Shown here: positions 32,764 to 42,486 of the stretch, piece by piece
Layout of the letters: each line of letters opens with the position of its first letter
How positions within the stretch are numbered: position 1 is the first letter of the stretch
Made by a program: the position numbers and the translations under genes
The notes under the pieces: generated by a model
What the model saw: only the letters and a program-made list of their open reading frames with translations
Databases searched by the model: none
Told to the model about the DNA's origin: nothing
Assembly (NCBI GenBank): GCA_002314935.1
Contig: DCHW01000064.1
Coordinates: forward strand, 3,022-67,021
Direction: 5' to 3'
Source: Clostridiales bacterium UBA1742
GTDB taxonomy: Bacteria > Bacillota > Clostridia > TANB77 > CAG-508
DNA: 64,000 nucleotides

Positions 32764-34071
32764 ATGGCAAATGAAAATAAAGATTTTGCAAATTCAGTAA
32801 ATAAAATATCAGATGATATAAATAAGGCTAATAATCTTGTTTTAGATAATGCAAATAAAATAAATGATTGGTATTCTAAAAATATAAATGAAATGTTAGA
32901 AAACGAAATTGAAAGCAAAAGACTTGAAACAAATATTGAAAATGAAATTAAAGAAGATGTTGAAGTTGAAGATAAAGAAAATATCAAAATTGAAACAAAA
33001 GTAAGTAAATATGATGAAATGCAAACAAATAAATCTAATAATACTAATTTAAAAGTTAATAATAGATTAAATACTAAAACAGATTCAAAAGAAATTGTTA
33101 AGGTGGCAGATAATGAAGAAATAGGCAAACTTAATAACAAATTGAGTAAAGTAAATAAAATAACAGGTGGAATTAAGACAGGAATTAAGAGTGTAAAAAC
33201 AGTTAATAATGGAGTAAATAAACTTGTTAAAACAGGTAAGTCAATTAATACAGGATTAAATGAAAGTGGTCTAAAAAGTTTTGAAAATAGTTCAAATAGA
33301 ATAATGACTAAACCTATTAAGAAAGTTGCTTCAAAAGCTACTTCAAAGGTTACAAAAGAAGTAAATAAACAAACGAAGAAAATTATTAAAAAGAGTAGTA
33401 AAAAGATTGCAAAAACAACAAAGAATTTAGTAACAAATGCAACGCATGTTATGATGAAAATAATTGAAGAAACTACAAAAATGATATTATCAATGTTACC
33501 ATCAATAGCACCAGTATTGATTATAATTCTTGCTATTGCAGCAATTGGTAATTTCTTTAATTTTAAGTCATCAAAAGAAGCAGATAATATGGATTTTGAT
33601 GAAATGTCTAAAATGATAATAGAAATTGAAGATGAAAATTTACAAGCAATTTATAACGAGTTTTTAAAGAATATGGGAAAACCTTATTTAATGGATCATA
33701 GTAATTTAGAGTATGAGGAATGTATGGAATATTACGATTGTTCGAGTTGGACAATACATTGCCTAGCACATGTGGGAATAAAAACTATTGCTAATACTGG
33801 AGCAAGTGGATTGTATTCTGGGCATTGTAATCCAGTAGAAGTAAATGATAGACAAGCAATGGATTTAATTTTCTTGAAAGATACTTATGATACAGGAGAA
33901 CCGGGAAGTATTTCTCATGTTGGAATATATATGGGAGAATTAACAGTAAATGGAGAAACTGCAGAATGGGTAATTGATACAGGAGGAAATCCAGAAGGAG
34001 TAAAAATAAGAAAATACAATAATGGTTGGTGGAACGGAGAACATTTTTATGGTTTTGGAAGATTGAAATAG
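32764..34071 (+). CDS. T4SS-associated cell-wall hydrolase with NlpC/P60 domain
   Basis: Asn/Lys-rich N-terminal region, a TM helix, and an NlpC/P60 C-terminus with catalytic Cys (CSSWTIHCL) and His (ISHVGIYMG). Confidence 0.65.
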   Translation: MANENKDFANSVNKISDDINKANNLVLDNANKINDWYSKNINEMLENEIESKRLETNIENEIKEDVEVEDKENIKIETKVSKYDEMQTNKSNNTNLKVNNRLNTKTDSKEIVKVADNEEIGKLNNKLSKVNKITGGIKTGIKSVKTVNNGVNKLVKTGKSINTGLNESGLKSFENSSNRIMTKPIKKVASKATSKVTKEVNKQTKKIIKKSSKKIAKTTKNLVTNATHVMMKIIEETTKMILSMLPSIAPVLIIILAIAAIGNFFNFKSSKEADNMDFDEMSKMIIEIEDENLQAIYNEFLKNMGKPYLMDHSNLEYEECMEYYDCSSWTIHCLAHVGIKTIANTGASGLYSGHCNPVEVNDRQAMDLIFLKDTYDTGEPGSISHVGIYMGELTVNGETAEWVIDTGGNPEGVKIRKYNNGWWNGEHFYGFGRLK

Positions 34072-34079
34072 GAGGTATT

Positions 34080-34235
34080 TTGAAGAAGATATTAAGAATT
34101 ATAATAAGAATTTTTTTATTTGTTAACGCACTAATGTTAGCAATATGTTTTGAAGGAATGTTAATAAGGATGGGTATATTGATTTTTATATACTCATCTA
34201 TTTTTTTGATTATTTTTAAGGAATGTAAGGAGTGA
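34080..34235 (+). CDS. small membrane protein (TTG start)
   Basis: RBS TAGGAGGT then TTG; 51 aa and hydrophobic. Confidence 0.3.
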   Translation: MKKILRIIIRIFLFVNALMLAICFEGMLIRMGILIFIYSSIFLIIFKECKE

Positions 34236-34239
34236 TTAA

Positions 34240-34788
34240 TTGGTAGTAGATATTTATAATACTGATAAAAAATATAATATTATTTATGCAGATCCGCCCT
34301 GGCATTATACAGGTTGGAGAAATGGAAATAAGAGTGCAGAAAGTCATTATCCTACAATGAAAACAAAGGATATAGTTGAAATGAAAGATACAATAAAATC
34401 TATATCAGATGAAAATTGTATCATTTTTTTATGGGTTACTTTTCCATGTCTAATAGATGGATTAAATGTAATGAAAGAATGGGGATTTAAGTATAAGACT
34501 TGTGGATTTACATGGGTAAAAAGAAATAAAGTTGCAGATAGTTGGTTTTTTGGACTTGGAATGTGGACAAGAGCAAATGCAGAAATTTGCTTAATTGGTA
34601 CAAAAGGAAAAATATCAAGAGTATCAAATAAAGTATCACAAGTAATAGATACTCATTTAGAAGAACATAGCAAGAAACCAGCAATAGTAAGAGATAAAAT
34701 AGTTGAACTTGTAGGAGATTTACCTAGAATTGAATTATTTGCAAGACAAGTTGTAGATGGTTGGGATTGCTGGGGAAACGAGGTGTAA
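34240..34788 (+). CDS. MT-A70-family N6-adenine DNA methyltransferase (orphan, phage/ICE type)
   Basis: DPPW motif IIYADPPWHY; 182 aa. Confidence 0.75.
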   Translation: MVVDIYNTDKKYNIIYADPPWHYTGWRNGNKSAESHYPTMKTKDIVEMKDTIKSISDENCIIFLWVTFPCLIDGLNVMKEWGFKYKTCGFTWVKRNKVADSWFFGLGMWTRANAEICLIGTKGKISRVSNKVSQVIDTHLEEHSKKPAIVRDKIVELVGDLPRIELFARQVVDGWDCWGNEV

Positions 34789-34790
34789 AT

Positions 34791-35360
34791 TTGAATATTA
34801 ATTTAGAAATATTAGATAAAAGTGAAAAGAATATTAGTGATGATATTAAGGTAACAGGAACGACAGATATAATGGAAATAAAAGAAGTTAAAGCAATAAG
34901 AAATGCAGTTAGAGAACATTTATTATTTATTGGTTTAGATAGAGGAAATAATGTAAGAAATATAAGTGTATTAGGTATTGGTTCAAGTTGTGGTGCAGTA
35001 ATAGATAGCAAAGATATTGTGAGAACAGCTTTATTTTCTTGTAGTGATAGAGTTGTTTTAGTACATAATCATCCATCAAATAGTATAGAACCTAGTAAAC
35101 TTGATATACACGTAACAAGTGTTGCAAATAAAATTTTAGACGCATTTAATATTGAACTTTTAGATCATATTATTGTAACTGAAAGAGAATATGCAAGTTT
35201 GAAAAAACTTAATTTATTAGATAAGAATTTTGATGATAAGAAACTAGAAAATATGTCAAAAGGATTATTAATTGAAGAAAATATAAGATTAAAAAATCAA
35301 ATTGAAAAGCTAGAAGAAAAAATAAAAGAAAACGAATTTGATTTAGAAATGGAGGCGTAA
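34791..35360 (+). CDS. RadC-like JAB/MPN-domain protein (DUF2466)
   Basis: JAMM-like motif HNHPSNS plus DIHVT; RBS GAGGTG upstream of the TTG at 34791. Confidence 0.65.
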   Translation: MNINLEILDKSEKNISDDIKVTGTTDIMEIKEVKAIRNAVREHLLFIGLDRGNNVRNISVLGIGSSCGAVIDSKDIVRTALFSCSDRVVLVHNHPSNSIEPSKLDIHVTSVANKILDAFNIELLDHIIVTEREYASLKKLNLLDKNFDDKKLENMSKGLLIEENIRLKNQIEKLEEKIKENEFDLEMEA

Positions 35361-36296
35361 ATGAAAAAAGTTATGAGTGTATATGCACAAAATTTAGCAT
35401 ATTACAATGAAGGAGAAATTATTGGAGGTTGGTTAGATTTACCAACAACAAAAGAAGAAATTGATGATTATTTAAGTGAAGTAGTAAGAATAGATGAAGA
35501 ACACGAAGAATATGAAATTGCAGATATTGATGATTGTCCGTTTGAATATGAAATTATACAATGGGCAGATTTACACAAATTAAATAATTTAGCAATTATA
35601 TATAGTTCTTTAGATGAAAAAGAGCTTGAAATGGTAAACGCATATTGCGAAAATATTGAAAGCAATTTAGGAATAGATGAAATAATAAATATTTGTTTAC
35701 AAACAGATAGAATACCTTATTATGAGTATGATAGTCAGTTTAATGGTTATGGTTCAAATGAGGAAAAAATGGGCTTAACAATTGCAAATGAAACAGGATT
35801 ATTAGATACATTACAAAAGTTAGGTGTGCAAGATTATTTTGATTTTGAAAGATATGGCGAAGAATTTGGTTTTGATTATCAATTGTTAGATAATGGGTAT
35901 TTAGAATATACAGATTTAGATAAGAAATTATATTCAAAAGAAGAAATTGAAGAAATCGCAAATAATATTTTAATAAAAGATAAGTATGATAAAAAAGAAA
36001 AAGTTATATTAGAAAAAATTGCAGATGTAAAAGAAAGATTTAGAAAATTAACTCAAAATAATAGGCAACTTATACAGCATTTTAAAGGAGATACAAGATT
36101 TACAAATGTAATGGTTGCAGGAACAATTTTAGCAGGAATTGAATTAAGAAATTTACAAAGAGAAAATAAAAATTTAGAAGGAGAACTTGAACGTTCTCCT
36201 TTTTCAAGTGAAATGGAAGAATTAATTGATGAGTATGCAAAATTGGAAAAAGAATTAGAAGAAATTGAAAATGATTATGAAATGGAGCGTGATTAG
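35361..36296 (+). CDS. ardA: ArdA-like antirestriction protein with extended acidic/coiled-coil C-terminus
   Basis: N-terminus YAQNLAYYNEGEIIGGWLDLP matches the ArdA family; highly acidic overall. Confidence 0.6.
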   Translation: MKKVMSVYAQNLAYYNEGEIIGGWLDLPTTKEEIDDYLSEVVRIDEEHEEYEIADIDDCPFEYEIIQWADLHKLNNLAIIYSSLDEKELEMVNAYCENIESNLGIDEIINICLQTDRIPYYEYDSQFNGYGSNEEKMGLTIANETGLLDTLQKLGVQDYFDFERYGEEFGFDYQLLDNGYLEYTDLDKKLYSKEEIEEIANNILIKDKYDKKEKVILEKIADVKERFRKLTQNNRQLIQHFKGDTRFTNVMVAGTILAGIELRNLQRENKNLEGELERSPFSSEMEELIDEYAKLEKELEEIENDYEMERD

Positions 36297-36297
36297 T

Positions 36298-36714
36298 TTG
36301 AAATTAGTAACAAAGGAATTAGAAAAATTATTTGAGAAATACCCTATTGGAAGTCAAGACGGATTAGGTGGAAATGCAAAAGTTATTGCAAAGTTTTTTA
36401 ATCCAATGGGAGCTGGAACTTGGTTAATAACAGAAGGAAATAAGTTAGAAAATGGTGATTATGAAATGTTTGGCTATTGCCATCTAGGAGATGATGAAAT
36501 GGCAGAGTTTGGATATGTTTATTTGTCAGAATTAGAAGAAATAAAATTACCTTATGGAATGAAAATTGAAAGAGATTTATACATGGAAAAGGATTGCGAT
36601 TTAATAAAGGCAATGAAAAGAACAGGAATAACACCACCAAATTATTTATTAGAAGAAAAAGAAAACGATGAAAATTTAGAACAAAATCAAGATGAAAATG
36701 ATTATGAGTATTAA
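36298..36714 (+). CDS. DUF2958-family protein (ICE/plasmid leading-region protein)
   Basis: KLVTKELEKLFEKYPIGSQDG...FGYCHLGDD...FGYVYLSELEEI matches DUF2958; TTG start at 36298. Confidence 0.55.
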   Translation: MKLVTKELEKLFEKYPIGSQDGLGGNAKVIAKFFNPMGAGTWLITEGNKLENGDYEMFGYCHLGDDEMAEFGYVYLSELEEIKLPYGMKIERDLYMEKDCDLIKAMKRTGITPPNYLLEEKENDENLEQNQDENDYEY

Positions 36715-36728
36715 GGAGGAAAAATATA

Positions 36729-37478
36729 ATGCCAAATTGGGTTAGAAATGTTGTAACAGTATCAGAAGATACAATGAATAAAATTAAAGAAAAATATTTT
36801 ACAGAAGGAGTGTTGGATTTTGAAAAAATTAATCCTATGTCTAAAACATTAAATTTAGAAGAAGGTTCAATAACAGAAAGAGCAATATATTATGCCATTA
36901 CACAAAAAAATGAAGAAAAAAGAAATGAAATATTTAATCTTTTGAACAAAACAGAATCTATATTAGATAAAAGTTATTGGGCTAAATTAAAACGATATAT
37001 AGATTCAGGAAAATTTAATAATATTGAAGAATATGCAAAAAAATATGAACCAGATGATTTAGCAATTGAACTAGGTATCAATACTTTTGAAGAATTAGGA
37101 GATACGTATATTAATAATATTAAGCAATATGGACATGTTTCATGGTATAGTTGGTGTATTGAAAATTGGGGTACAAAATGGGGAGTAATAAGATTTTCTT
37201 GTAATAAAGATACAATGATTTTTGATACCGCATGGGCAACACCAGAACCTATATTTGAAAGCTTATCGAAAGAATTTCCAGATGATTATATAGAAATTAA
37301 ATATGCAGATGAATGTTATTCAAATTATAATAATGGACAACTAATATTTAAAGATGGATTAATAGAATCAAATATCGAACTTGATGAAGAATTTGCTGCA
37401 GAAGTATGGGAAGAAACGATAGAAAATGAAGAACATAATTTAGAAGAAAATCAAGATGAAAATGATTATGATTATTAG
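36729..37478 (+). CDS. hypothetical ICE protein (MPNWVRN N-terminus, possibly DUF1281-like) sharing a C-terminal acidic tail with the preceding gene
   Basis: 249-aa ORF whose C-terminal EENQDENDYDY is nearly identical to the ENLEQNQDENDYEY tail of the 36298..36714 product. Confidence 0.4.
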   Translation: MPNWVRNVVTVSEDTMNKIKEKYFTEGVLDFEKINPMSKTLNLEEGSITERAIYYAITQKNEEKRNEIFNLLNKTESILDKSYWAKLKRYIDSGKFNNIEEYAKKYEPDDLAIELGINTFEELGDTYINNIKQYGHVSWYSWCIENWGTKWGVIRFSCNKDTMIFDTAWATPEPIFESLSKEFPDDYIEIKYADECYSNYNNGQLIFKDGLIESNIELDEEFAAEVWEETIENEEHNLEENQDENDYDY

Positions 37479-37492
37479 GAGGTGCAAAGAGA

Positions 37493-38524
37493 ATGACGTT
37501 TGATGAATTTTTATTAAGTGATAAAATAAGTTGTAGTTTTGGAGAAAAAAATATTTTAAAAATACCATATAATGAAAATATATATTTTATTTATAAACCT
37601 ACCTATAATAGATTAGAATATAATGAGAAATTAGAGAATATAGGAATTTTTGAAAAGCAAAATCAAAAGCTATATGGATCGAGTTGGGAATTTGATACAA
37701 GATTTAATAAAGAGCTTGAAAGTAAATTTTATAAAGGTAGTTTTGAAAAAATAAATGAAGAATTCTCAAGAGATTCTAATTTATTATTAAATAATTATAT
37801 AACTGAAAATGCTTCATTATTAAAAGCAAATTCAATAGAAGTTTGGGAAAAATATATAGCATCAGAATATAATCTTAATTCAATAAAAAACAATGCTAAA
37901 AACAAATATATTTATGGAATTGAAAGAGATAATATAGTATTTTCTATAAACAAATATAAATATGAAAGAGATAAAACTTTAAAAATTCTTTTAATGGAAT
38001 ATTTAGAAAAACCAAAAGAAATAGCAGAAAAAATTTTTAGAGAATACATAAATAATGATGAATTAGATAGGGTATATTCAAGAGTTGCAGGTATTCCAGA
38101 TTATGATGTAACAGTAAAAGAAAAAATAGGAATTAGACTTTGGGAGTATGAATTAGAGAACAAATTAATTAATGATTATGAGAATAATCTTAATAATGAA
38201 GTTAAGTTAGAACACGATATTATAAATGCAATTAAAGATTTAGATGTGCAAACTTTGACATTAAATTTAGAACGAAACGGAAAAGAAATATCTTTTAAGT
38301 ATCCAAAAGAACAACTATATAATTTATACTTTAGTGATTATTATATTGCAAGTAGAGATGATAGAAAAGCAGTAAAAGAATTTTATGCAGATGATGAAAA
38401 TAAAAGTTATTCTTATGATTTTAAACTTGAAGATATTAAGTCAATTACATTTAGAAAACAGATAGTTTTTGAACAAAAAGAATTAGAAAATGATAAAGAT
38501 ATTACAGATGAAATGTTTGAATAA
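37493..38524 (+). CDS. hypothetical ICE protein
   Basis: 343-aa ORF. Confidence 0.4.
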   Translation: MTFDEFLLSDKISCSFGEKNILKIPYNENIYFIYKPTYNRLEYNEKLENIGIFEKQNQKLYGSSWEFDTRFNKELESKFYKGSFEKINEEFSRDSNLLLNNYITENASLLKANSIEVWEKYIASEYNLNSIKNNAKNKYIYGIERDNIVFSINKYKYERDKTLKILLMEYLEKPKEIAEKIFREYINNDELDRVYSRVAGIPDYDVTVKEKIGIRLWEYELENKLINDYENNLNNEVKLEHDIINAIKDLDVQTLTLNLERNGKEISFKYPKEQLYNLYFSDYYIASRDDRKAVKEFYADDENKSYSYDFKLEDIKSITFRKQIVFEQKELENDKDITDEMFE

Positions 38525-38527
38525 AGA

Positions 38528-38562
38528 GAAGAAACAGGAGCAAAAATTGCTCCTGTTTTTAT
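38528..38562 (+). terminator. rho-independent terminator
   Basis: Stem AACAGGAGCAA/TTGCTCCTGTT followed by TTTT. Confidence 0.65.
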
Positions 38563-38783
38563 AAAAAAATATTCTCCCAGCGGGCTAAAAAGGTTTTAGG
38601 AAATTTTTTCCTAAACAGCAAAATGGTGTCAAAACACCAAGCTGGCGAATATTGGGCATTAAAAAATGCTCTCATTATTCGAGAGCAAATAAATTGCTCT
38701 TTGTGTTATGCTGCACTTCGTTAGCATTAACACTTTTGTAAGTAATAAATGAATATAAAAATATTTGAAAAGGAGGTTTTGTT

Positions 38784-38975
38784 ATGCCAAGTGAAGATGA
38801 GAAAAAATTATATTATATAATTTGTGATATATCTAAAATATGTAGAAAATATTTCTTTGCAAGAAAAAATTTGCCAAGTGAATGTATGCCAATAGATGAT
38901 GTTGTAAAGAAAATTGTAGATAGTACAAAAAAATTAAAAAATGAGTATAAAGAGATAAAAAATAAAGATAGATAA
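38784..38975 (+). CDS. small hypothetical protein
   Basis: 63-aa ORF with RBS AAGGAGG. Confidence 0.35.
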   Translation: MPSEDEKKLYYIICDISKICRKYFFARKNLPSECMPIDDVVKKIVDSTKKLKNEYKEIKNKDR

Positions 38976-38999
38976 AAAAGTTATGGAGAAGGAATTTTA

Positions 39000-39602
39000 A
39001 TGTATGAATTAGAAAATGTTTTTTTATCATATAATAGAATAATTGAAAAATTGAATAATGAAAAAGTAACAACTAAAACAGGAAATATAATTACACATAA
39101 AGATTTAAGACAAGCTGTAGAAGTAATGTTAAAAAAGCATTATAAGTGTAGATGGCGAAGTGAAAAAGTAAGGAATAAAAAATATTTAATATTAATAGAA
39201 GGTTATTATTGGATAAAGTATGTATATTTTTCAAAAGAAAAATCAATGTATGATGCTGATATTAAATTTTTTAAAGACAGAATAAAACAATATGAAGAAA
39301 TATTAAATATCAAAGAAAAAGAACTATTCAATTGTGATATTGAAGTAAAATGTTTAGATGTATTTTTTAATAGAAAAATTGAAACAGTAAAAAAGGCAAT
39401 TCAAAAGATGATAAAGGAGCATAAAGAATATAGATATTTAGTAAATGAAAAATTTGTTGTTTCAAAAGAAGGTATTAAATGGTTATGTGAAAATTGCTTT
39501 AAAAATAAATATTTAGAATTGTTAGAAGATTATAAAATGGAATTAACGGAGATGTTTATACAAGCAGGATACATATATGATAATTTTTTTGAAAAAAATT
39601 AA
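39000..39602 (+). CDS. hypothetical ICE protein
   Basis: 200-aa ORF. Confidence 0.4.
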   Translation: MYELENVFLSYNRIIEKLNNEKVTTKTGNIITHKDLRQAVEVMLKKHYKCRWRSEKVRNKKYLILIEGYYWIKYVYFSKEKSMYDADIKFFKDRIKQYEEILNIKEKELFNCDIEVKCLDVFFNRKIETVKKAIQKMIKEHKEYRYLVNEKFVVSKEGIKWLCENCFKNKYLELLEDYKMELTEMFIQAGYIYDNFFEKN

Positions 39603-39686
39603 AAAAGGGCGCTGACTTTTTTTAGAATCTACGGTATAACGTATAAGTAATCGATTACATATAAGTCAGAAGGAGGCGGGAACAGT

Positions 39687-39953
39687 TTGGGTGGTGAATC
39701 AATAAGAGATTTATATAAAATGGTTGAAGATGAGTTTAATGCAGAATTGATAAAAACTGATGCTTATAAAGAGGCTTGTACTCGTAGAAGGCAAAAAAGG
39801 GAATTAGTAGAAACATGTTTAAGTAAAGAAGAATATGCAATATTGCAAGAGTATTTAGATGTGTATAATGAAGTGGCTTCTGTTGAAATGGAGGAAGCAT
39901 TTATCAAAGGATTTAGATTAGCAAATCAATTGCTAGTTGACTCTTTAAGATAA
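39687..39953 (+). CDS. small hypothetical protein
   Basis: 88-aa ORF following RBS AAGGAGG. Confidence 0.35.
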   Translation: MGGESIRDLYKMVEDEFNAELIKTDAYKEACTRRRQKRELVETCLSKEEYAILQEYLDVYNEVASVEMEEAFIKGFRLANQLLVDSLR

Positions 39954-39992
39954 GAAAATAATTATAGTACGTACTAGATTTTTATATGGGAG

Positions 39993-40346
39993 GTGATCCA
40001 TATTAGAAATTTAGAAGAAAGAAGAAAGACAGTAGATTTATTAATTGAATTTATAAAAGCAGGAATAGTCAGCAGAGAACAAAAAGAAATAATTTATAAA
40101 ATTGTATTGAATATGAAAAAATCTGATTTACAAAAAAGAAGATTTTGTATGATTTATAGTTTTGGACCGAATATAGATGAAAAAAATACATATAAAAAAG
40201 TAGCAGCATTTTATGATTGTTCTATAAGTAATATAAGAGGTTCAGTTATGTCTATTGTAGCTGGTTTTATTCGTTTACCAGATGAGCAATTTAATATTTT
40301 AAAAAGTATAGTTGAAGATTGCAAATTAAAAAACGAAACGAAATAA
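39993..40346 (+). CDS. sigma-70 region-4-like HTH regulator (ICE transcription factor)
   Basis: C-terminal ...AAFYDCSISNIRGSV resembles the sigma region-4 HTH; start uncertain. Confidence 0.35.
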   Translation: MIHIRNLEERRKTVDLLIEFIKAGIVSREQKEIIYKIVLNMKKSDLQKRRFCMIYSFGPNIDEKNTYKKVAAFYDCSISNIRGSVMSIVAGFIRLPDEQFNILKSIVEDCKLKNETK

Positions 40347-40439
40347 TATTATTTTAGATGGAGGGCGTAATGCTCTCTTTTTTAGTTAGGAAGTGATTTT
40401 ATAGAATTAAATAAAAATGAAAGAAGAAATAGTATAAAA

Positions 40440-40805
40440 GTGTGGGTATCAAAAGAAGAAAGAATTTTGTTAGAAGCGAAAATGAAACATTATGGGTATA
40501 AGACAATTGCAAAATATGTAAGGGATGCTGTTATATATGAAAATGTAACTTATGTGGATTTAAAAGGAAAGCAAGAAATATATGATGCTTATAGTGAAAA
40601 TACGAAACAAATAAAAGCTATTGCAAAAGAAATAAGACATATAAGTAAGTATGCAACACAAATATCAAGTGATGAAATAAAATCTATTTATAATTCAATG
40701 GGAACAATATTAAAAAAACAAAAAGAAATGATAAATTTAATTGAGAAAAAATTAGATTTAGAAGTTTATCAAAAAGTGCAGGATAATAAAAATGCCAGTT
40801 ACTAA
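40440..40805 (+). CDS. mobC: MobC-like relaxosome accessory protein
   Basis: Small basic protein immediately upstream of and overlapping the relaxase gene. Confidence 0.5.
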   Translation: MWVSKEERILLEAKMKHYGYKTIAKYVRDAVIYENVTYVDLKGKQEIYDAYSENTKQIKAIAKEIRHISKYATQISSDEIKSIYNSMGTILKKQKEMINLIEKKLDLEVYQKVQDNKNASY

Positions 40806-42435
40806 AAGACAGGCACATTATGGTTCGCCAAAAGAATTAATAGATTATATTTTAGATGAAAAGCATAATGGAGAAAAAGCAGGAGTAGTTTCATCAATAA
40901 ATTGTAATGTTGAGACAGCGTTTCAAGAATTTAGAGATATACAAAACAAATATAAAATGGGTGGCACAAGAGTTGCATATCATATTATACAAAGTTTTTC
41001 TCCTTTAGATGACATTACAAAAGAAGAAGCAAATGAAATTGGAAAGAAATTGTGTGAAGAATTATATTCAAATTATCAATGTGTAATTTCAACACATATA
41101 GATAAGGGCCATATACATAATCATATATGTTTAAATGCAATTAATTTAGATGGTGTAAAACTTGAAGATAGACTTGCAAATGAAAAAGAAGGTTTATATG
41201 CTTTGAGTGATACAAGTGATAGAATTGCAGGAGAATATGGTTGTTTTATAATGCCTAGAAAAACTTATTTGAATAATAAAAATAGGGATTATTATCATCA
41301 ATATAAAAAGCAATCGTGGAAAGAAAAAATTAGGTTAGATATTGAAGATATACTACCAAAATGTAATACATTTGATGAGTTTATAGATGAATTAAGTATA
41401 AATGGATACAAGATAAAAAGAGGAAAAAATCTATCAGTTAAGTGTGAAGGTATGGAAAGATTTGCAAGACTTAATACAATAGATGAAAGATTAAGTAGTA
41501 GTAATTTATATAAATTCTTTAAGAATAAAGATAATGCTGTATTAGAAGATGTAAATATAACTAAAAATAAATTTAATTTAAGTATTATAGAAAGTGTAAT
41601 AGAATCAAAAACAGCAATTGAAAGAAGTAATATACAAGTACAAAACAAGAAATATAGTGAATATCAAAAAACAAAATATATGGAAATAAAAAGATATTAT
41701 AAATTAAAACAACAATTAGAATATTTAGAAAAATATAATATTACGTCTTTTGATGATATAGAGCAAGAAATTGAAATTAAAAGAAGTATGATAAAAAGTG
41801 CAAATATTGTTTTGAAAAAGAAAAATGAAACATATAAAGAAATACTTGAAAAAACAGAAAAAGCACAAGATTATATTAGGTTATATGAAACATATAAATA
41901 TGCAATGAGTTACAAAGAACAGGATCCACAATATATATTTCCAAAAGAAGTGGAAATATTTTTAAAACTGCAGAAAGAATTAGGTATAGAAAATATTGAG
42001 CAAGCAAAAAGATTAATAAAATCAACAAGAGAAGAAAGAATTGAAATTAACAAAATGAAGAATAACATATTAGAAATACAAAGAGAATTAAATCATTTAG
42101 ACACAATTAAGGAAGAAAAATTATCAGCAAGTAATTTATTTATACACAATATAAAATTTGGAGGAAATCATATTAAATATGAAAAGTCAGATGATAAATT
42201 TTATTGTATTGAGTTGCCATATACAAAAGATATAATTTATATTCCTAAAAAATATATAGCTTATAATGAAAAATATCAGTATTACACATTATATTTAGTA
42301 GATGATATGGAATATGGAATTTTTAATGATAAAGAAGAAAAAGTAGATACACTTACAGGGACAGAATTAGAACGAAGTGTATTAGAAAAGAAAAAAGAAA
42401 TTGATTATAGTTATAATGAATTTAATATATATTAA
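40792..42435 (+). CDS. conjugative relaxase (MobA/VirD2-type relaxase/mobilization nuclease domain)
   Basis: N-terminal relaxase domain with the histidine triad THIDKGHIHNHICLN. Confidence 0.7.
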   Translation: MPVTKRQAHYGSPKELIDYILDEKHNGEKAGVVSSINCNVETAFQEFRDIQNKYKMGGTRVAYHIIQSFSPLDDITKEEANEIGKKLCEELYSNYQCVISTHIDKGHIHNHICLNAINLDGVKLEDRLANEKEGLYALSDTSDRIAGEYGCFIMPRKTYLNNKNRDYYHQYKKQSWKEKIRLDIEDILPKCNTFDEFIDELSINGYKIKRGKNLSVKCEGMERFARLNTIDERLSSSNLYKFFKNKDNAVLEDVNITKNKFNLSIIESVIESKTAIERSNIQVQNKKYSEYQKTKYMEIKRYYKLKQQLEYLEKYNITSFDDIEQEIEIKRSMIKSANIVLKKKNETYKEILEKTEKAQDYIRLYETYKYAMSYKEQDPQYIFPKEVEIFLKLQKELGIENIEQAKRLIKSTREERIEINKMKNNILEIQRELNHLDTIKEEKLSASNLFIHNIKFGGNHIKYEKSDDKFYCIELPYTKDIIYIPKKYIAYNEKYQYYTLYLVDDMEYGIFNDKEEKVDTLTGTELERSVLEKKKEIDYSYNEFNIY

Positions 42436-42486
42436 ATTGCTCTCAAATCAGCTTTGGGGGCTTTTTTAGTTTAAGGAGGGATAGTT

